A DNA stretch of 64,000 nt from Phoronis australis (GCA_002633005.1 NMRA01000151.1:1-64000), one strand, 5' to 3'; counted from the first letter of the stretch, positions 36,901-51,900 are shown. Program-made: numbers and translations. Notes: a model not told the origin generated them from the letters alone.

Positions 36901-39900
36901 GGTGCGTTTAAAAAATTGTTATGGCTAGGAATAAAAAATAAAGACACAGTTTTATGCAATACTTATTATATACACCCTTGGTTTCTGACAATAGTAATTA
37001 TTTTATTTTATGTGAAACTGTAGAGCAGTCACCATATATTTTTGAAAAACAGGGATAATATGTTTGACCCAATCTGGAGTACTTAATTATTCATATTTCA
37101 ACATTTGTTCCAGGTTCAGTGACATTTTAAGGCCACTTCAAGCTGTATCATAGACAAGCTTTGTTACTCCGTTCTCTTCCCACAGCACTTCCACATAACA
37201 GCAGTGCTGCATGGCACAATGTGCAAGTCAGTGGCCCTGGAGAAATGTGAATCGCAGTACTAAGTTACCATAAGACCATGTGCCAGTGAACTGTCTGTGT
37301 ATTCAGACGAACTATATCTGACTGCTACACAAGTAAGCTTTGTTGGTGAGGATGCCCTTTCATAGGCAATGAGTCATGTGTGGACAATAGCTTATTTCCT
37401 TTCCTGGAAGAAACATGAGGGACTGAAGCTAAAGAAGACCTAGTGACACTCTGGTCTAGTTCAGGGTGTGATTTTGGGCTCAAAACGATTCAAGTGATAT
37501 GCTGCTGTGTTTACCTTCAAGGGTCTAATTGTGGATGTTATTGAGGCTGAATGAGGTTACATGAAAAAAGCCACGTGTTGAAACTGGACCTTTTTTACAA
37601 GCGCTTCTATAGGCCATTGAAACTATATCCCAGTGAAATGAAAGCCAAAAGCTGAGTGACATTAAATTTTCCTTTCTGAAGAAAGGCTTTATACTATTGG
37701 TAAAAAATTTGGTACACATTATGGGGAAATGACATTCAGTGACTGCATAGATTGTCTTATTGTATGTTTTCAATTGTAGCTAGCTGGATAAGAATCTGCT
37801 ATGCACAAGATTCGAGAATAAACAATTATCAGTGTATTTAAAAACAAATGGCAAACTGAAAAAGCACAGAAACAACATTGCGACGGAGTCCATAATCAGG
37901 CATATCAAGTGCTGAATTTCTGAATTACGTTCAATTCTCTCAGGTTATTACTGAAGGATTGCTTTTCACTTTGTCTAAAGGTAAAATAGATGGTCGGGCG
38001 GTTGCTTTCAGTTGTTTTCTCTCACCTGTAACAGAATAGTCGGAGAAATATTAGCAAATTGTAAAAGAAAAGACAAGACAAAACTACTTTTGTAAGGCAG
38101 AACATACTTGACGTTTCATCTTCATGTTTATGTGTAGAAACTAAAAACCTTTGTACCCAAGTCCTATTTAATATTTGAATTAAAATATGTGAAACAGGCT
38201 ATAAGTGATTTAACAATGTGTATTTTTCATGACACTTAAAATGTGCTTCTGATCTCAACAAGGAAAATTCATTCTAGGCATCAATTTTTTCCAATGCAAT
38301 GTTACGACATTTACTGAATTAAGGCTTTTTCATGTTAATTCGATATATAAACTGATCTGGTAGTCCTGGGGGTGGGGTCCGCGATAAGATAAGGAAACTC
38401 ACTCATCCAGAGAATTTTATTGGAAACAGCATAGTTTTGAAGAAAAACTACTGTGAAAAAGTCATCCTTGACTTCTGTGCATCACGTACCATACACCTCT
38501 TATTTTGGGAGCACTCCCACCCAGGACAATATGAATATGTGCTGCTAGCCTACCCAGCATCGGGTGAGTTTCCTAAAAGAAACACTTAGTTCCACTCAAT
38601 AAACCTGTTATTTAGTGGGGTAACTGGTGGGGATAACATCACCGAATGATGTTGATAGAAACTGATTGCTAAAAACTTACCAAGTAATGTTGTGTGGTCT
38701 CCGAATGGAACTGCATAATCATAGAGCACACACAGGGCTTCAGCATCCACACACTTTTTGTCAATTAGTTGACCCCTTTGACCGCAATTGTCCACAAATA
38801 TAGTAACTCAAGGTCCTTTAGGAATTTGTGGCCACTTGTTGAAGACTTGCACCAAGGAAATCAGCAGTAATAAGGCTTAGCGCGGCGACATATTTTGATA
38901 ACAATTCCATCTTTTACCAGTTGTTTACATGCAGACAGCCACGCATGCGCAATTCAATCACCACTAGTACAGCAGCGACACCGCGAGGAGAATTCTCCGA
39001 ATAGCCCCATTTAGTCCATAACGTTTCATTAATCTGTTTTTCGGGATATTTCTAGACTGCGCCTTTAACGCATAAAAAATAAAAATGCATAAGTACATTG
39101 CAGCAGTGCGCTCCCCGTGCACATTTTTTAAAACACAATACTCTTCCAAAAATGCAAGACTATAGTCAACTTACAGCCAGTCAGGTAAAACATGACTCTT
39201 GTTCTTATTTCGATTGCCCTTCTGGTTTCTGTTTCACATGTTAAATCTTTACTTACACTATTAAGTCTGCTGGACACAGTTTTTGAAAAAGGGCACACTT
39301 TTTATCACCAGATGCGCCCAAAGGGCACAGGTTCAAACCTGGTCAGAAATAACCCTGTGAGATACAATGACATAAGTTTAATGTTAGTCCAAACTTCTCT
39401 CATCCAATGATAAACAACCCAAAATTTAATTTAAGATTAGTTCCAATCAGGTGCTATGACTCTGGATCAACCCATGACGAAATAGTCTATTCCTTACATA
39501 AAAAACTTACTGCTCTATTTGGTGTACTGCCAGCAGTGCCAAGCAATGTAGAACCACCCTGTAAAATAGGACAAAACACACCAATGGTTTAAAATCACAT
39601 GTTAGGTAATAACTTTTGATGGTATTCAATGTCAGATGACAAAACTAATAATAGTGGTGTCATACTCATTTTCACAAGTCAAGTTAAACTTTACTGGGAC
39701 CGAGTTTCGAACCCTTCGATGCAGTCCTTGTAGGTGACCAACTGTTGTTTTCACTAATGACACAGTCATCCAAGCACACCCACTGTGAAACTCCCTGTTG
39801 CTGCATGTTCATCATGCTCAGTTTACAACTAATGCATTTGACCTTGTAAAGATTGGTTTTAATACTTGTCAAACTACGTTAATTTCAACATTGATTTCCA

Positions 39901-42900
39901 CACCACTACATGACCCTTGGCCCATATTTACATGACCCCATAACTTATGCCAACACCTACACAGGCTATAAGACACTGCCAGGACAAGTTTAAAAATGCA
40001 TATCTACCTGTCCCGCATCTGATTCAATTTTCCGTTTCTTCCGAGGACCTATGGCATTTAGGGCCGTTAAATTGGCTTCCCTCTGTCGTACTTCCTCCAT
40101 CTCAGCTTGTTGTAACTGAAGCAAAGTAATTAGGTAATCAGTTGCCAGCTTAGCAACAAAGCCAGAGCAAAGACATCTGAGCAGTGTGTCAATGTAGAGT
40201 GTAGTGAAAGCCACACACGTATACTATGGATTCACACAGCATGCTATGCTAGCTGTGGTACTAAACTAGTTGTATTTCACCATGTCTAATGATAAATTTG
40301 TTAACTTTGTTACCAAAGAAATATAATAAGGTTGTGGGGAACCTCACTGGAAAAGCTCAATTAATAGTCAGTTACCAAAATAGGCGATATTGACTAGAGA
40401 AAGTAACTACAGGATTCTGAGAAAACGTTCCCAACCAGTCAATAGAATTATGCTAAATTAAGGTCGTGTAAGACTTTAGCAACAAATCTGTACATGAAGT
40501 CTAAAAAACTAAAGATTTAACTTAGTAAAAGTATACTGTAAACTCACAGATTAATGCCCATGTCCAGGTAATCACCCATCCCTGACTTCTGACAAATTTC
40601 GATGTAAGCACCCACTGTTCGGGTAATCACCTATCCCTCATTTGTCCCCCACAAGCCAATGATGACACCAATGTCATCATCATCGTCATCATAAGCATCA
40701 TCGTTATCATCAAACATTGACGATGAATCAATAAAGAAACAAAAGCTTGTACAACCGGGGTCAGTTGACAAGAAAGCCAGGAATGATCAGGCGATAATTT
40801 AAATAACTTGAGAACAGCGAGTTGTCAAGAAAAGCTGATATTCTTTATGTAGTGCTTAGCAAAATCTACACATAAAACAATTTTCATAAAGATCCGTCCA
40901 AAGGCCTCGAACTATTATTGTATAAATTTCATATTAATCTTTCATGCGGGTAGAGTACCCATGTTGTTCTTGAACCCCGAGATGTATAATTGCGCTGGAA
41001 TCTAAGAAACACACCAGTGTTGGTAAGCAGTAAACCTCGAATAACTCAACAACAGAAGGACAAAGCAAAAAAACAGATAAAGCAATCTAGATAACCCTTG
41101 ACGAGATCTATCTACATACCAAATTTCACCTGAATCCTTCAAAATTTGAGAAAAGGCCAACACAGCAACATCTTTTGTCAGCTTTTGTCTAAGCCAATAG
41201 GCCTCGAGCGCTAATGAGGTACATGGTGTGTATGAATATTATCATAATGTCAATCGGATGAAAAATGCAATTTGTAGAGTGCATATGAAAAAACGAAAAA
41301 TTTAGTTCTCCAAGTAACAAAAAGGTCACTAGGTGGCGCAACATAGGTCGAATACGCCTGAAACGCAACAGGTACCATTGTTTATGTGGCATTTAACTTA
41401 TTTGCTAAATTTAATGAACATACATCAAGGAAGTTTGAAGTAATCAAGGCAAACGTAAAAAACAAAATTGTCATTAGGAAGTAGTCAGATTTGTCTCAAA
41501 ATCCATCTCAATCTCTTCAATAGAAAACCATACTACAATGAGACAAACGCAAAAAACAAAACTACCACTACATGCATAACAGCAGTTGGACCCTTCGAAA
41601 AATTATTATCAACCATGCTCTTGTCAAAGGAACAAATTTGCCAATTTTCATAATGACCCTGAAAGTGGTTTGGCTGAAAGCAAAACGCACCCCAAAATTC
41701 AAGACGGGAAAACAGTTCAAATGGCCACTAGCTGGCACAGAATACATCGAATCCATTCCTTTTTGGCGCCGCCACTCATAATTTCGCCCAAATTGACCGC
41801 CACCCATATCAGAATCCTGACACGGAAAACTTTACAGCTACGCTAAAATCGCTAGTAAAAGTGAAAAAGCAATACATAACTTACAAGGTTACTGCCGATG
41901 TGGATTAAATGGGAAAAACAATAATTTAAAATTGGATTCTGAACTTCCTCTTGTTCATAACCATTTTATAGCCTCCCTTCCTCACTTTCACTTTGTGACC
42001 CGACCGACATTCGGTACTGCCTGGTTATCTGACAATGCTCAGCAATGCAATCGAATAGTCACTGACCAGGTGACGATATTGACATTAGTTTTCTAAAAAG
42101 GTGTAGTGCCAGCGAACACTGATGAAATGAGTGGAGAAACGGTAAATTTTATTCATTTCAATGCGTTCATGTTTACAAAAGAGGTCGTACAACAATGTAA
42201 ATTATATTCCACTAAAGAGTCAATAGTTTAATGAACCATATAAACCAGTCTAGTTTTCTCAGTAGTCATCTGGTATGCTGGCAAACACAGATCTAACTGA
42301 CTTACGTTGAACAGGAAGAAAAAGATTCACTATACAAGTTGGGTCATCAGGTCTAAACAGGTTCAGATATTTTTCATTTTATGTATGTGCCTAGACGCGG
42401 AGAAATAAAATTTTAACAAGTATTCTGCAGGGCTTGGAATGACCCATGACAAAAAAGCAGAAATTTTGACGGTCTTAAACGTGCGCGCACCCAGCCTTGA
42501 AAATGGGGGGTCTTGAATTTTTGTCGATGTAGACCTTTTGCCGACAAAACATCGGGAGGACTAAAAAAAGGGTACCACCTCCAGAGGCGTGCATCTGCGT
42601 CTTTTTAGCTCGTCCGTCCACTCCCACCTCCACACATTTTTGGGTGCGGAGTCGTAGTATTTGTCACCACAATTTACAATCTCACGAGACACCACTGAAG
42701 AAAACCACGCTATCCCAGGTGCCCCGGCAATGATGACAATTTACGTTCCTCCGAAACAATAAGAGCAACTTCCGCTTTTAGAGGTGAAAGTCGTCGGCAA
42801 CGCCGCGGTAAGAAAGAAATTTGCCGCGGAAATTTTAGATCAAATCCATTTTTTTTTTCGCGCGAATATAATAATATACGCGGACAGAACATTTGAAAAA

Positions 42901-45900
42901 AGCGGAATTCCACGTTTCCGCGAAAAATTCCAAGCCCTGATTTTGAAGCCCTGTACTGGCATGTCGGCTTCCTAACGCAACTTAAACTGGTGATTGTAAT
43001 ACGTTAGAATGATGCAAAACTCTTCATATCGCTGACAGGACACTCGTTCACCTGAGGGGAAAACTGCCATTGTCTTCTGAGATAGGAATTTTTGGGTGAG
43101 ACTCAAAAACAGTAAAAATGGTGTAAAATGTCAAATCCATTTAGTAATGGAAAGATTGTGCCCCGTTTCCTTAACAGATTCTTGGTTGTCAAATTTATCA
43201 AGGAACTCCAAAGATACAGAGGTAAAAGAAAAAAATAAAATGGCCACAAACATCCGTCAAAGGGTAGACAGCAGACACAGGATGATAGCAGAACTAGCCG
43301 ATATATACATATATGGGTAGACACATAAAAAGGAGAGACACTGACATGAAAATAGGTTGAAACCTAAAATAAACGAGTGATCATAATATTGTGACAGGGT
43401 TTTGGATCAGTTCTGTAACATACAGATTCAGTCCACGCACACCTCAATGATTTCAAAGAACTTGACATTTCATAAGTTCAAAACTGCTAATAATGGAATA
43501 TTACAAACCTCTTTGGCTTTTTGCTTTAACTTTAATTGTTCAGGGTCTTCATGTTTGGATCGACTCTGAAAAACAACACGTTTGAAAAGACACAATATAG
43601 AACTGGTTTAAAGATTATTTAGAAAAGTAACAAATAACTGTTCAATTATTTGAGAAAATAATGGCAGAGTCTGGTAAACATAAGACCACTCAGGTGGGCT
43701 CATTGCACTAAGCACCTGGAACCATTTTTATGCCATTGCTACATACTAGTTCATTTATTTGGTTTGAAATAGTTTTCACAATACTTATATTAGAACACTG
43801 TCTTCATTTCGTGTCTAAAGTATTGATTATCTTCCTTTATAGAACGTAATTATGACAAATCTTCACAAAGCAAACTTTTTACCCACACTGAACTTAAACC
43901 GCACAAACATCCCCCAGAGTACCACTCAGTGGAACCAACACTGACAAGCACATCCACCATGACCAAAACAGTGCAATCATATAATGATTAGGTAAACCTG
44001 ACCTACCCGCAGTATTCCCCAACACAGAAACAAGAGCAACGCAGAGCATTGAAATGCGCCCACAATTGCACCGTATACGGTATCCTTCTACGGTTGTTTA
44101 TTGGTACCATAAAGTGGCCAGTAGAGGGCATATATGTAGTATGTTGTACTTTGCAAAATGGAAAGGGATGGTCATTGTCTCCTCAATAGGCTAAGGGGCA
44201 AATATGAGTGATCTTCATAATGCAAGCACATCCTATACATCAGTTGCTTAAAGCACCACAGAAACATAGAATTAAAAACAAATTTACCAACATACGAGAT
44301 TAGCACAGCATTAGAATGTCAGAAACAAATTTCTACTTGGAACTTTTCCTTCATAGTCACGAAGTAACACAAAGTATACACCTGAAGACCTATGAAAATA
44401 CAGAGGTCAATGTAAAATACTNNNNNNNNNNNNNNNNNNNNNNNNNNNNNNNNNNNNNNNNNNNNNNNNNNNNNNNNNNNNNNNNNNNNNNNNNNNNNNN
44501 NNNNNNNNNNNNNNNNNNNNNNNNNNNNNNNNNNNNNNNNNNNNNNNNNNNNNNNNNNNNNNNNNNNNNNNNNNNNNNNNNNNNNNNNNNNNNNNNNNNN
44601 NNNNNNNNNNNNNNNNNNNNNNNNNNNNNNNNNNNNNNNNNNNNNNNNNNNNNNTGTTAACATCATATAAATATACTTATACAATTTCGTAAAGATCCTG
44701 CGAACGGCTTAGGAGATACAGCCATAGGCGAAAAAAAAAAAACTGCCACTAGGAGGCGCCACAGTAGTCGAAATCGTCGGAAAATCATCGTCAACCGTCT
44801 TCTACACAGTAAGCATATACATGCCAATTTTCACAATCATCCTTTGAGCGGTTTGGTTGATAGAGGGGTGGACGCACAAAAACAGACTCGAAAACACTAA
44901 AAATGGCCACTAGGTGGCGCAAACTATGTCGAATCCATCTGACAACGGCAGGATAGCGTCATCTCACTAATAGGTGCCTACATACCAAATTTCATGAAAA
45001 TCCGTTCAGGACTTTTGAAGATACAAAGGTAAGCGTAAAAAAACTAAAATTGCCACTAGGGGGCACACCGGTAGTCGGATCCGTCCGAAAGTTCGCACAT
45101 GCCGTCCCATTCATGAATGGAACATAAGTGCCAAATTTCATGAACATATGTCAAAGGGTTTTGAAGATAGAGCAGCGGACGCCGGACAGACGCCGCCCGT
45201 ACGGACGGACGGACGGAGATGACGGCATAATGCGTCCACATATAAATATGTAAACGCATAAAAATCTATATTTAACACTTTTACTGCCATGACCCAAAGA
45301 ATAAAATAGAGAGAAAACTGCTCACCCAGTGCACACAGGGCGCACTCTGTCCTTCATTCGCGATGTACAAACAATGAAGGTACACGTCCTGCCCCACCCT
45401 GGACATGTAATGAGAGGGGAGCTTACCTTTGCTGCTCTCAACAACATCTCCCTCTCCTGTTCCTGGTGCCTCTTCTTTTCAAGTTTGTCAAGCTCTTCCA
45501 AAAACTTCAACTGTGCCCGCACGTCTTCACTCACTTCAAATCTTGAGTCGCTCTACAGTCAAAGAACCACTCAAAAAGTCAAACACTCCATATACCAAGG
45601 TCGGGAATATAAAACCAAACAAATCAGAATAATTCCATTAGATTTCATTACCTGCTTAGCATAGGTCTCCCAAAATCTACTCAAACATTTCAAATAGGTA
45701 CATAAATAAAAATCTGACATTAAGACTGCCCATAATTTAAAGGCAAAATGAAAAATGAAAAATCAACAAAGCCTTTTTGACATGTCTTCCAACAATGTCA
45801 ACAAGTGTGTTAGTTGTAGTTTTCAAACATATCATGGGCTTTGGGCAACCTACTTTGTAAATCTCTAGTCTGTGTTCAGCTACTGTAGACAATCTCTCTG

Positions 45901-48900
45901 TTAGGTGTCGCAATCTTTCCTGAGTGGCATGTGAAATTAAGTTGATGACATCTTGTGGTACATCAGAGAGACCGTGCTTTTTTGCTGAAACAGAATAGAA
46001 CAAGTACTATTGGGAAAGTAGAGTGTACAAGCATTTGTCACAGGGTGACCACATTTCCTGCCGCAGACTAGGACTGCCACTCAGGGATGAAGGCACCCTT
46101 CCCCCCAGCTAAGTCACTGCCATTGTCTCAGGATGTGTGAATTGTTAAGACCATAATAATCTTAAATGGTAATGATTGATTTTGAAAAAAAAATTTGGTG
46201 AATCCAATTTTAAAAAGGTTATCTCTTGACAAAATAATTACATTGGTTTTCATTCAGAGTGCACCTTTGTTTTTCTGTTCAAGGCTCACAAATATCAGAT
46301 TCATTTTCAGGTCTGCAAAAGTTAATGAACTGATAATGCTGTTGTGACCTTGAACATGACATCAAGGTTACCAACTTCAGTAAACGCCTGGAGATGGTCC
46401 ACCTATATGTTGGTGTAAAATAAACACACAATCAAAAAATGTTACCTTCAGGAGATATCGCGCTAACAACATTGCCAAGTAAAAACTCACGCTAACAACA
46501 TTTCCAAGTAAAAACTATTTTCTCACTGTGATCTTGAAATCAAGGTCAAGTTTACTAAAATTGCATGGAGCCTGACGATGCTCCACCTACACCTTGGTAC
46601 AAAATGTGTATCAATCTAATTTCCTTCATGAGATATTGCACCAACATTTTCCAAGTAAAATCTTGACTTTCTCGCTGTGGCTCTGAAAATGAGGTCAGGT
46701 CACCAGAATCGACTGATGCCTGGAGATGCACCACCTACACTTTGGTACAGAATATGAAGAAAATCTAGTAAGCTTCCTTCTTGAGGTATCACATCAACAA
46801 CATTGTGTCACATATTGACCTACGCTCAGACACGCACTTGAACATACGTTTAAACAGAGGTTCATGAATATTATATCCCCCGTTTCCCACAAACACGTGA
46901 GGAGGACAAAGAGACATACAGGTCATGATTCAGGTGACTAAGTCAAGGGTTTTGTGATTGGTTCTCTACATCTTATTTTCAATCACGATTTTACAACTAG
47001 GGAAGTTAACACAAATTGCAGTTGGTTTCTCTTGCCGTCACAAAGTGGATATGTTATTGGTGCCAACACCAAAATCTGAATTATAGCTGAATATCTCGAG
47101 ATAAAAAACTATAAACAAAACTATTTTGAAAAAAGTTCCTAGTCGACTACAACTACTAGTGAGACACCACAATGTGGTCATAATCACCTCATTTAGCAAA
47201 TTTCATTTTCCTAAGTGAAAATCAGTGGTCTAGTATTCACATATGGAAATATACATTTATTATGATCATACTATAGATATCAAGATTTTAAACAGTGACG
47301 GCACATACCACTCACCTATAAATGATACCCTCTGCACCAGAGGGCCACTGTGCAAAAAACTCTCATCTTTGCACGACCTTGACTGTGAGCCAATGAAGTC
47401 CGCATTAGCCGTTGCTAGGATGTTACGGCTTTCTTCAGAAAGATTGACTCCGCCCATAGTTGCCACATCATTGATATCATCGTCATCCCTTGAAACAGGA
47501 TGTGACAGGCATTCTGAACAACTTGACAAGAACATAGTTACCATGCATCATAGTTCAAACCACATCAGTCACATTATTCCGCAGACTAACACGTATTTCT
47601 GTTTACCCTGTATAATATTTGTAGAGTGTATCAACTGTCTTATGTGCTTTAATACAGAGGAGCCTGCTTAATAACATATACCCTGGGTTTTGTCATAAAT
47701 TATTATAATACATGGGAAATTCCACTTAATAGCAGGTTCTGGCATGGTGATGATCTTAACCACTCTTACATGCTGATCATGCTATGTGGAAATTCTGAGA
47801 GTAAAGGCCTTTTCACACTAACATCGATGTGTCGATAATTCCCGGATTTGCGGTCAGAATGAACGGTAAATTGCCGTCCTGGATTGAAGTTAACAGCGCC
47901 AGTTAACTTCGCAGTAAACAGGTGGATTTAACAGTGAAGTGTCGACACAGAGGTGCAGTATGAACAGTCAACTTAAATCCCGCCGAAGTGTGCCACTGTT
48001 ATAGTTAACAATTAAAGAGCAATGATGCCCCTAATAGTTGCTAGTATTTTGTTCAAATAATCACCAATCGAATTAGAAATTTTTAGCACAATGTAAATGG
48101 TCCCATACTGTCACATTAAAAAAATCTTAGCGAGCACCCGATGCATCAGTGATTACTTTGATGACAACAGTATCACCTACAGTTTACTTCGATGTCCATT
48201 ATCTACCGAAGCCGGTATGAACGGTTCAGTTAACTTCGCAAGTTACGTCAGTGCTCCGCTCAGGTAAATTGAATTAAGTTTGTAAGATAGAAAACCGAAG
48301 ACAAGTTAATGAGTGGGTGAGAAACAATTTTGCTGATTTTTTAACTACAGTATCCCAGAATACGATAATAAATCGTGACATTACGTAGGTTATTTTACAT
48401 GGGTTCAATGGTAAATCTTTGGTATTTTTTTGACATTTCATAACTATTAACAAGTATATTCTATTATTCAGTGTGACATTAAGGTTATCTTAAACCTTAT
48501 TTAGTGGCCTCCTTTCCAACTTTTATATCAAAAAACTAAGCTTTGTCAACAAGTAGAAGTATATATTTTCTGAAAGAAAAAAGATCAGGAGATATAAAAA
48601 TGTGTTTTATATTGATGTGATATTATCGTTATTATGTTTACACCTTTTTAAGTAAATATTTCATTTTTAAGAAAGGTACGTTCATAGCAAAATAACCCTC
48701 GCTAGATTTTAGCAAAACCTTTTTTAAATGAAAACTTCACCAGTTACCTCAAAAAACACTCCTAGGAATTTTCGTCTTTTCGTTTGGTTTCTATGACAAA
48801 TCAACTCGCAAAACATAAAGTTAGTATTCTTGTAAAAAATAGCAGTCGTATTCGTCTGTTACATTACGCAAAAACTAGGCTTTTATATCACAAATCCTAA

Positions 48901-51900
48901 CAGCATTTTTTAGATTGATGAATGAATAACAAGTTTGGAAAGTTTCAGCCAAACCAACCAAGCCATTTTCGAGAACTTGTGTTCCTAAGTTTAAATTAAG
49001 TCGATTTGCCGAAACCGAAAAAAAGCCAATCGTGAAGGGCAAAAGTCTCAAGGTCTTCGGTTAATTATTCGGTGAAAACTTTTTTTGTGTCAATGTAACC
49101 TATACACGCCTTAGCCACGTTCATCATTTCAACATTCACACGCAATGTCATCTGAATTTGCAGTGTGTAATTAACCTCATTATCACAAAAACTATAATTT
49201 AAACCAAGTCGATTTCCAATGCACGAGTCCAACTAGGTCACGGGCAGAGCCAACATATTAAGCGAGTTAAGCAGGTACATTTTAGTCCACTTTAAAGTAG
49301 GTCAACAGTTCATTGATAGACACACCACGCGCTGGGAGACTGACATGAAACCCAAGTAGGAAATGGATACAAAAATCTGGTCAGTGGTTAAAGCATGTCG
49401 TGTGCAAGAGATCGGAACAGCGACAAGTCAAATTAACCGAATTAAGGAATTTGGGCGAGGATTTATCTCTTTTCACAAATTGCTGTGTTCATGAACACAA
49501 AGTCAAAGAGGCATAGAGTTCATTCTCAACATTCGTATGCATGCAGACACACAACTCCCTCAGGATCAAAGCCAAGTTTTGTCTTAATTTTCTCCGGCAT
49601 TTATCTATCACTTGTACCTGTTATTGACGCAATATTATGGTGACTCAGTGAATGAAAGCACTGAGGGTACATATGGAGCTGCTCTGTGCCTGGCGGGAGT
49701 TTCAATTTGAGTAGCAATCCCATAACCTTTGACGTTGGATATATACTAAACAAATTTCCACGCGGTTGTGGAGTTCCAAGCTGCTTCTGCTAAATCTTTT
49801 TTCTCGCTACACGATAGATATTATGCACTTGATGTTCCCCGAGATTGAAGATAAGGTATTTTGCTAGACACGTGAAATGTTGTAAAAATGACCAATTTTT
49901 GTGATTAAGACTTGAGATATCCTTAAGTGGGATCCACTATAACAGTGAACATTAGCAATACAATTTTTTAGAATCTAAAGGGCAGCAAGTTTTGTGTTGG
50001 AAGTAAACACATCAAATCTTAAACCAAACCAAAACCATGCACAGAATGCCTGATACTCACTTGAGTGACTCGAACTTGCGCTTCTCCTTGTGACCACCTG
50101 GCCCACTTGCTGAGATCACTGTGGGCTTGCTCACACCTCCCACAGTGCTTGACCGGCCGGCATTCACCGTAGCTGGCACGGTCCCTGTCGACTGGCTTTT
50201 TCCTAGCATGCCATGCTGTTGTTGTTGCTTTCTGATCTGTTGAGCTTGGTGCAGGAGAGTCAACTGGGCGGGGTTATACCTTGGCTGCTGGACGCCAGTA
50301 CCCTGTAGGGAGAGTACAAAACAATTTGACTACACTAAAGCATCGCAGGTCATGTAACATTAGTGAACACAACATACATCACATAGTAGGTGCCTGAAGT
50401 CATTCCAAGAGTTAAGTTGAAAACTACCTATATGTACATGTATTGCGTAGATTCACAAAATGCTCAAAGGACTTTTGAGTTGGTGACATTAAGAATTACC
50501 GAACTAGTCAGGAATCAATAAGCAGGAGGCCAAAAAATAAGCAACATCATCAGTCATGCAATTTGACCAACATATGATGAGTATGAAGACTAATAATTCA
50601 TACTTATCATTGGTAAGTGCTTAAACTATAAAAACTATGTGTAAGTTTGAAGACAGTAAAGTTGAACAAACCATAAACACCAAAAGTCTACCAAGTATAA
50701 CCACACGACACAAGTAAAAGGGAAGTTACAAATAATGACAACCAAATTCTACAATGCACAAAAAGGTGAAACAAAAATCAGGTAGATTGCAGTCTGATAC
50801 CAAGCCTTGGTACAAAGCTGTATAAACGCAAATATACAGCTTGAGAACGATTTGGGCAACAAATGATTTAATACAATTTGAAATGAAATTAATATTTTTT
50901 AAAAACTACACTCTTTCTTGAACAAACTAACAAAATTGTTGATATTCTTTCATTTTGTAATTCTGTTTGTTTGTCTTACTGTCTTTGTATGTTTTTACCA
51001 AGGACCCCCATGGAAAGCAGTGTGAACTGATTGGGCTACCCTCATTATAAGTATAACAATAATAAATAAATTCTCTTATTCCACTACTTAACTTAACGAG
51101 GAGTATTCATATGTGTCACTGTCAGTTGTGGACGCTATGAAATTTTACATCTATTGCTCCCTAGCTGTATTTTTGCGCTTATCAACGTACAGCTAGCGAG
51201 CTATCTGATAACAAACAGAAACAAGAGCAACAAGAGCAACAAAAGCGTTGAAATGCGTTCACGGGTAAATGGTATACTTCTGTGGGACTTTATTAGTACC
51301 CTAAAAATGGCCACTAGATGATGCAAAAAATCAAACCTGACAGACAGCGGGAATGATAATCATCTCAATAATAGGAAACAGACTGCTTAATTTCATGAAA
51401 ATCCATCAAGGAACTCCAAAGATGCAGAAGCAAAGGTAAAATACTAAAATTGCCATTAGGGGCATAGCATTAGTCCTTTCCATCCAAAAGTCATTGTCAT
51501 CTGTGGAACACATCTGCCAACTTTTATGAACATCTTTCAAAGTGTTTTGGAGGAACGTAAGTGTGCATAACAATGGCCACTGCCTGATGCAGAATACATC
51601 AATCTATCCAAAAATGAACAGGCATTGTTGTTTCCTTAATAGAAACTCTTTGCCAAATTTTGAAGAAAAGGCATAAAGAAGCACTGAAGCACCTAAAAAA
51701 ATAAAATTGCCACTAGGGGGCAAAATGGTAGTCGGATAGGTTGGAAACTCACTATCACATGTCATCAGCTTTATAAAAAAATTTTTAAAAAGATTATCCA
51801 AAGGATTAAGGAGATACAGCTAATGACATACACAAAATCACCATCAGGGTGCATCACAGTAGTTGGATTCATACAAAAATCTATGTCTGCTGTGATTTTC

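Larger units (their letters stand above)
27492..48893. repeat. Direct segmental duplication, 27492-36423 versus 39009-48893, covering six TAF4 exons (probably uncollapsed haplotypes)
   Basis: Colinear high identity through introns and exons; the lower copy stops exactly at NN (36424-36425); the copies differ by SNPs and TE indels. Confidence 0.95.

Noticed and set aside
44316-44684. ORFs spanning poly-X
   Set aside because: Artefacts of the N gap.
27492-48893. A second TAF4 paralog or a tandem double histone-fold TAF4 isoform
   Set aside because: There is only one N-terminal half and one terminal exon; exon phases are incompatible for tandem splicing; the junction coincides with an NN gap.
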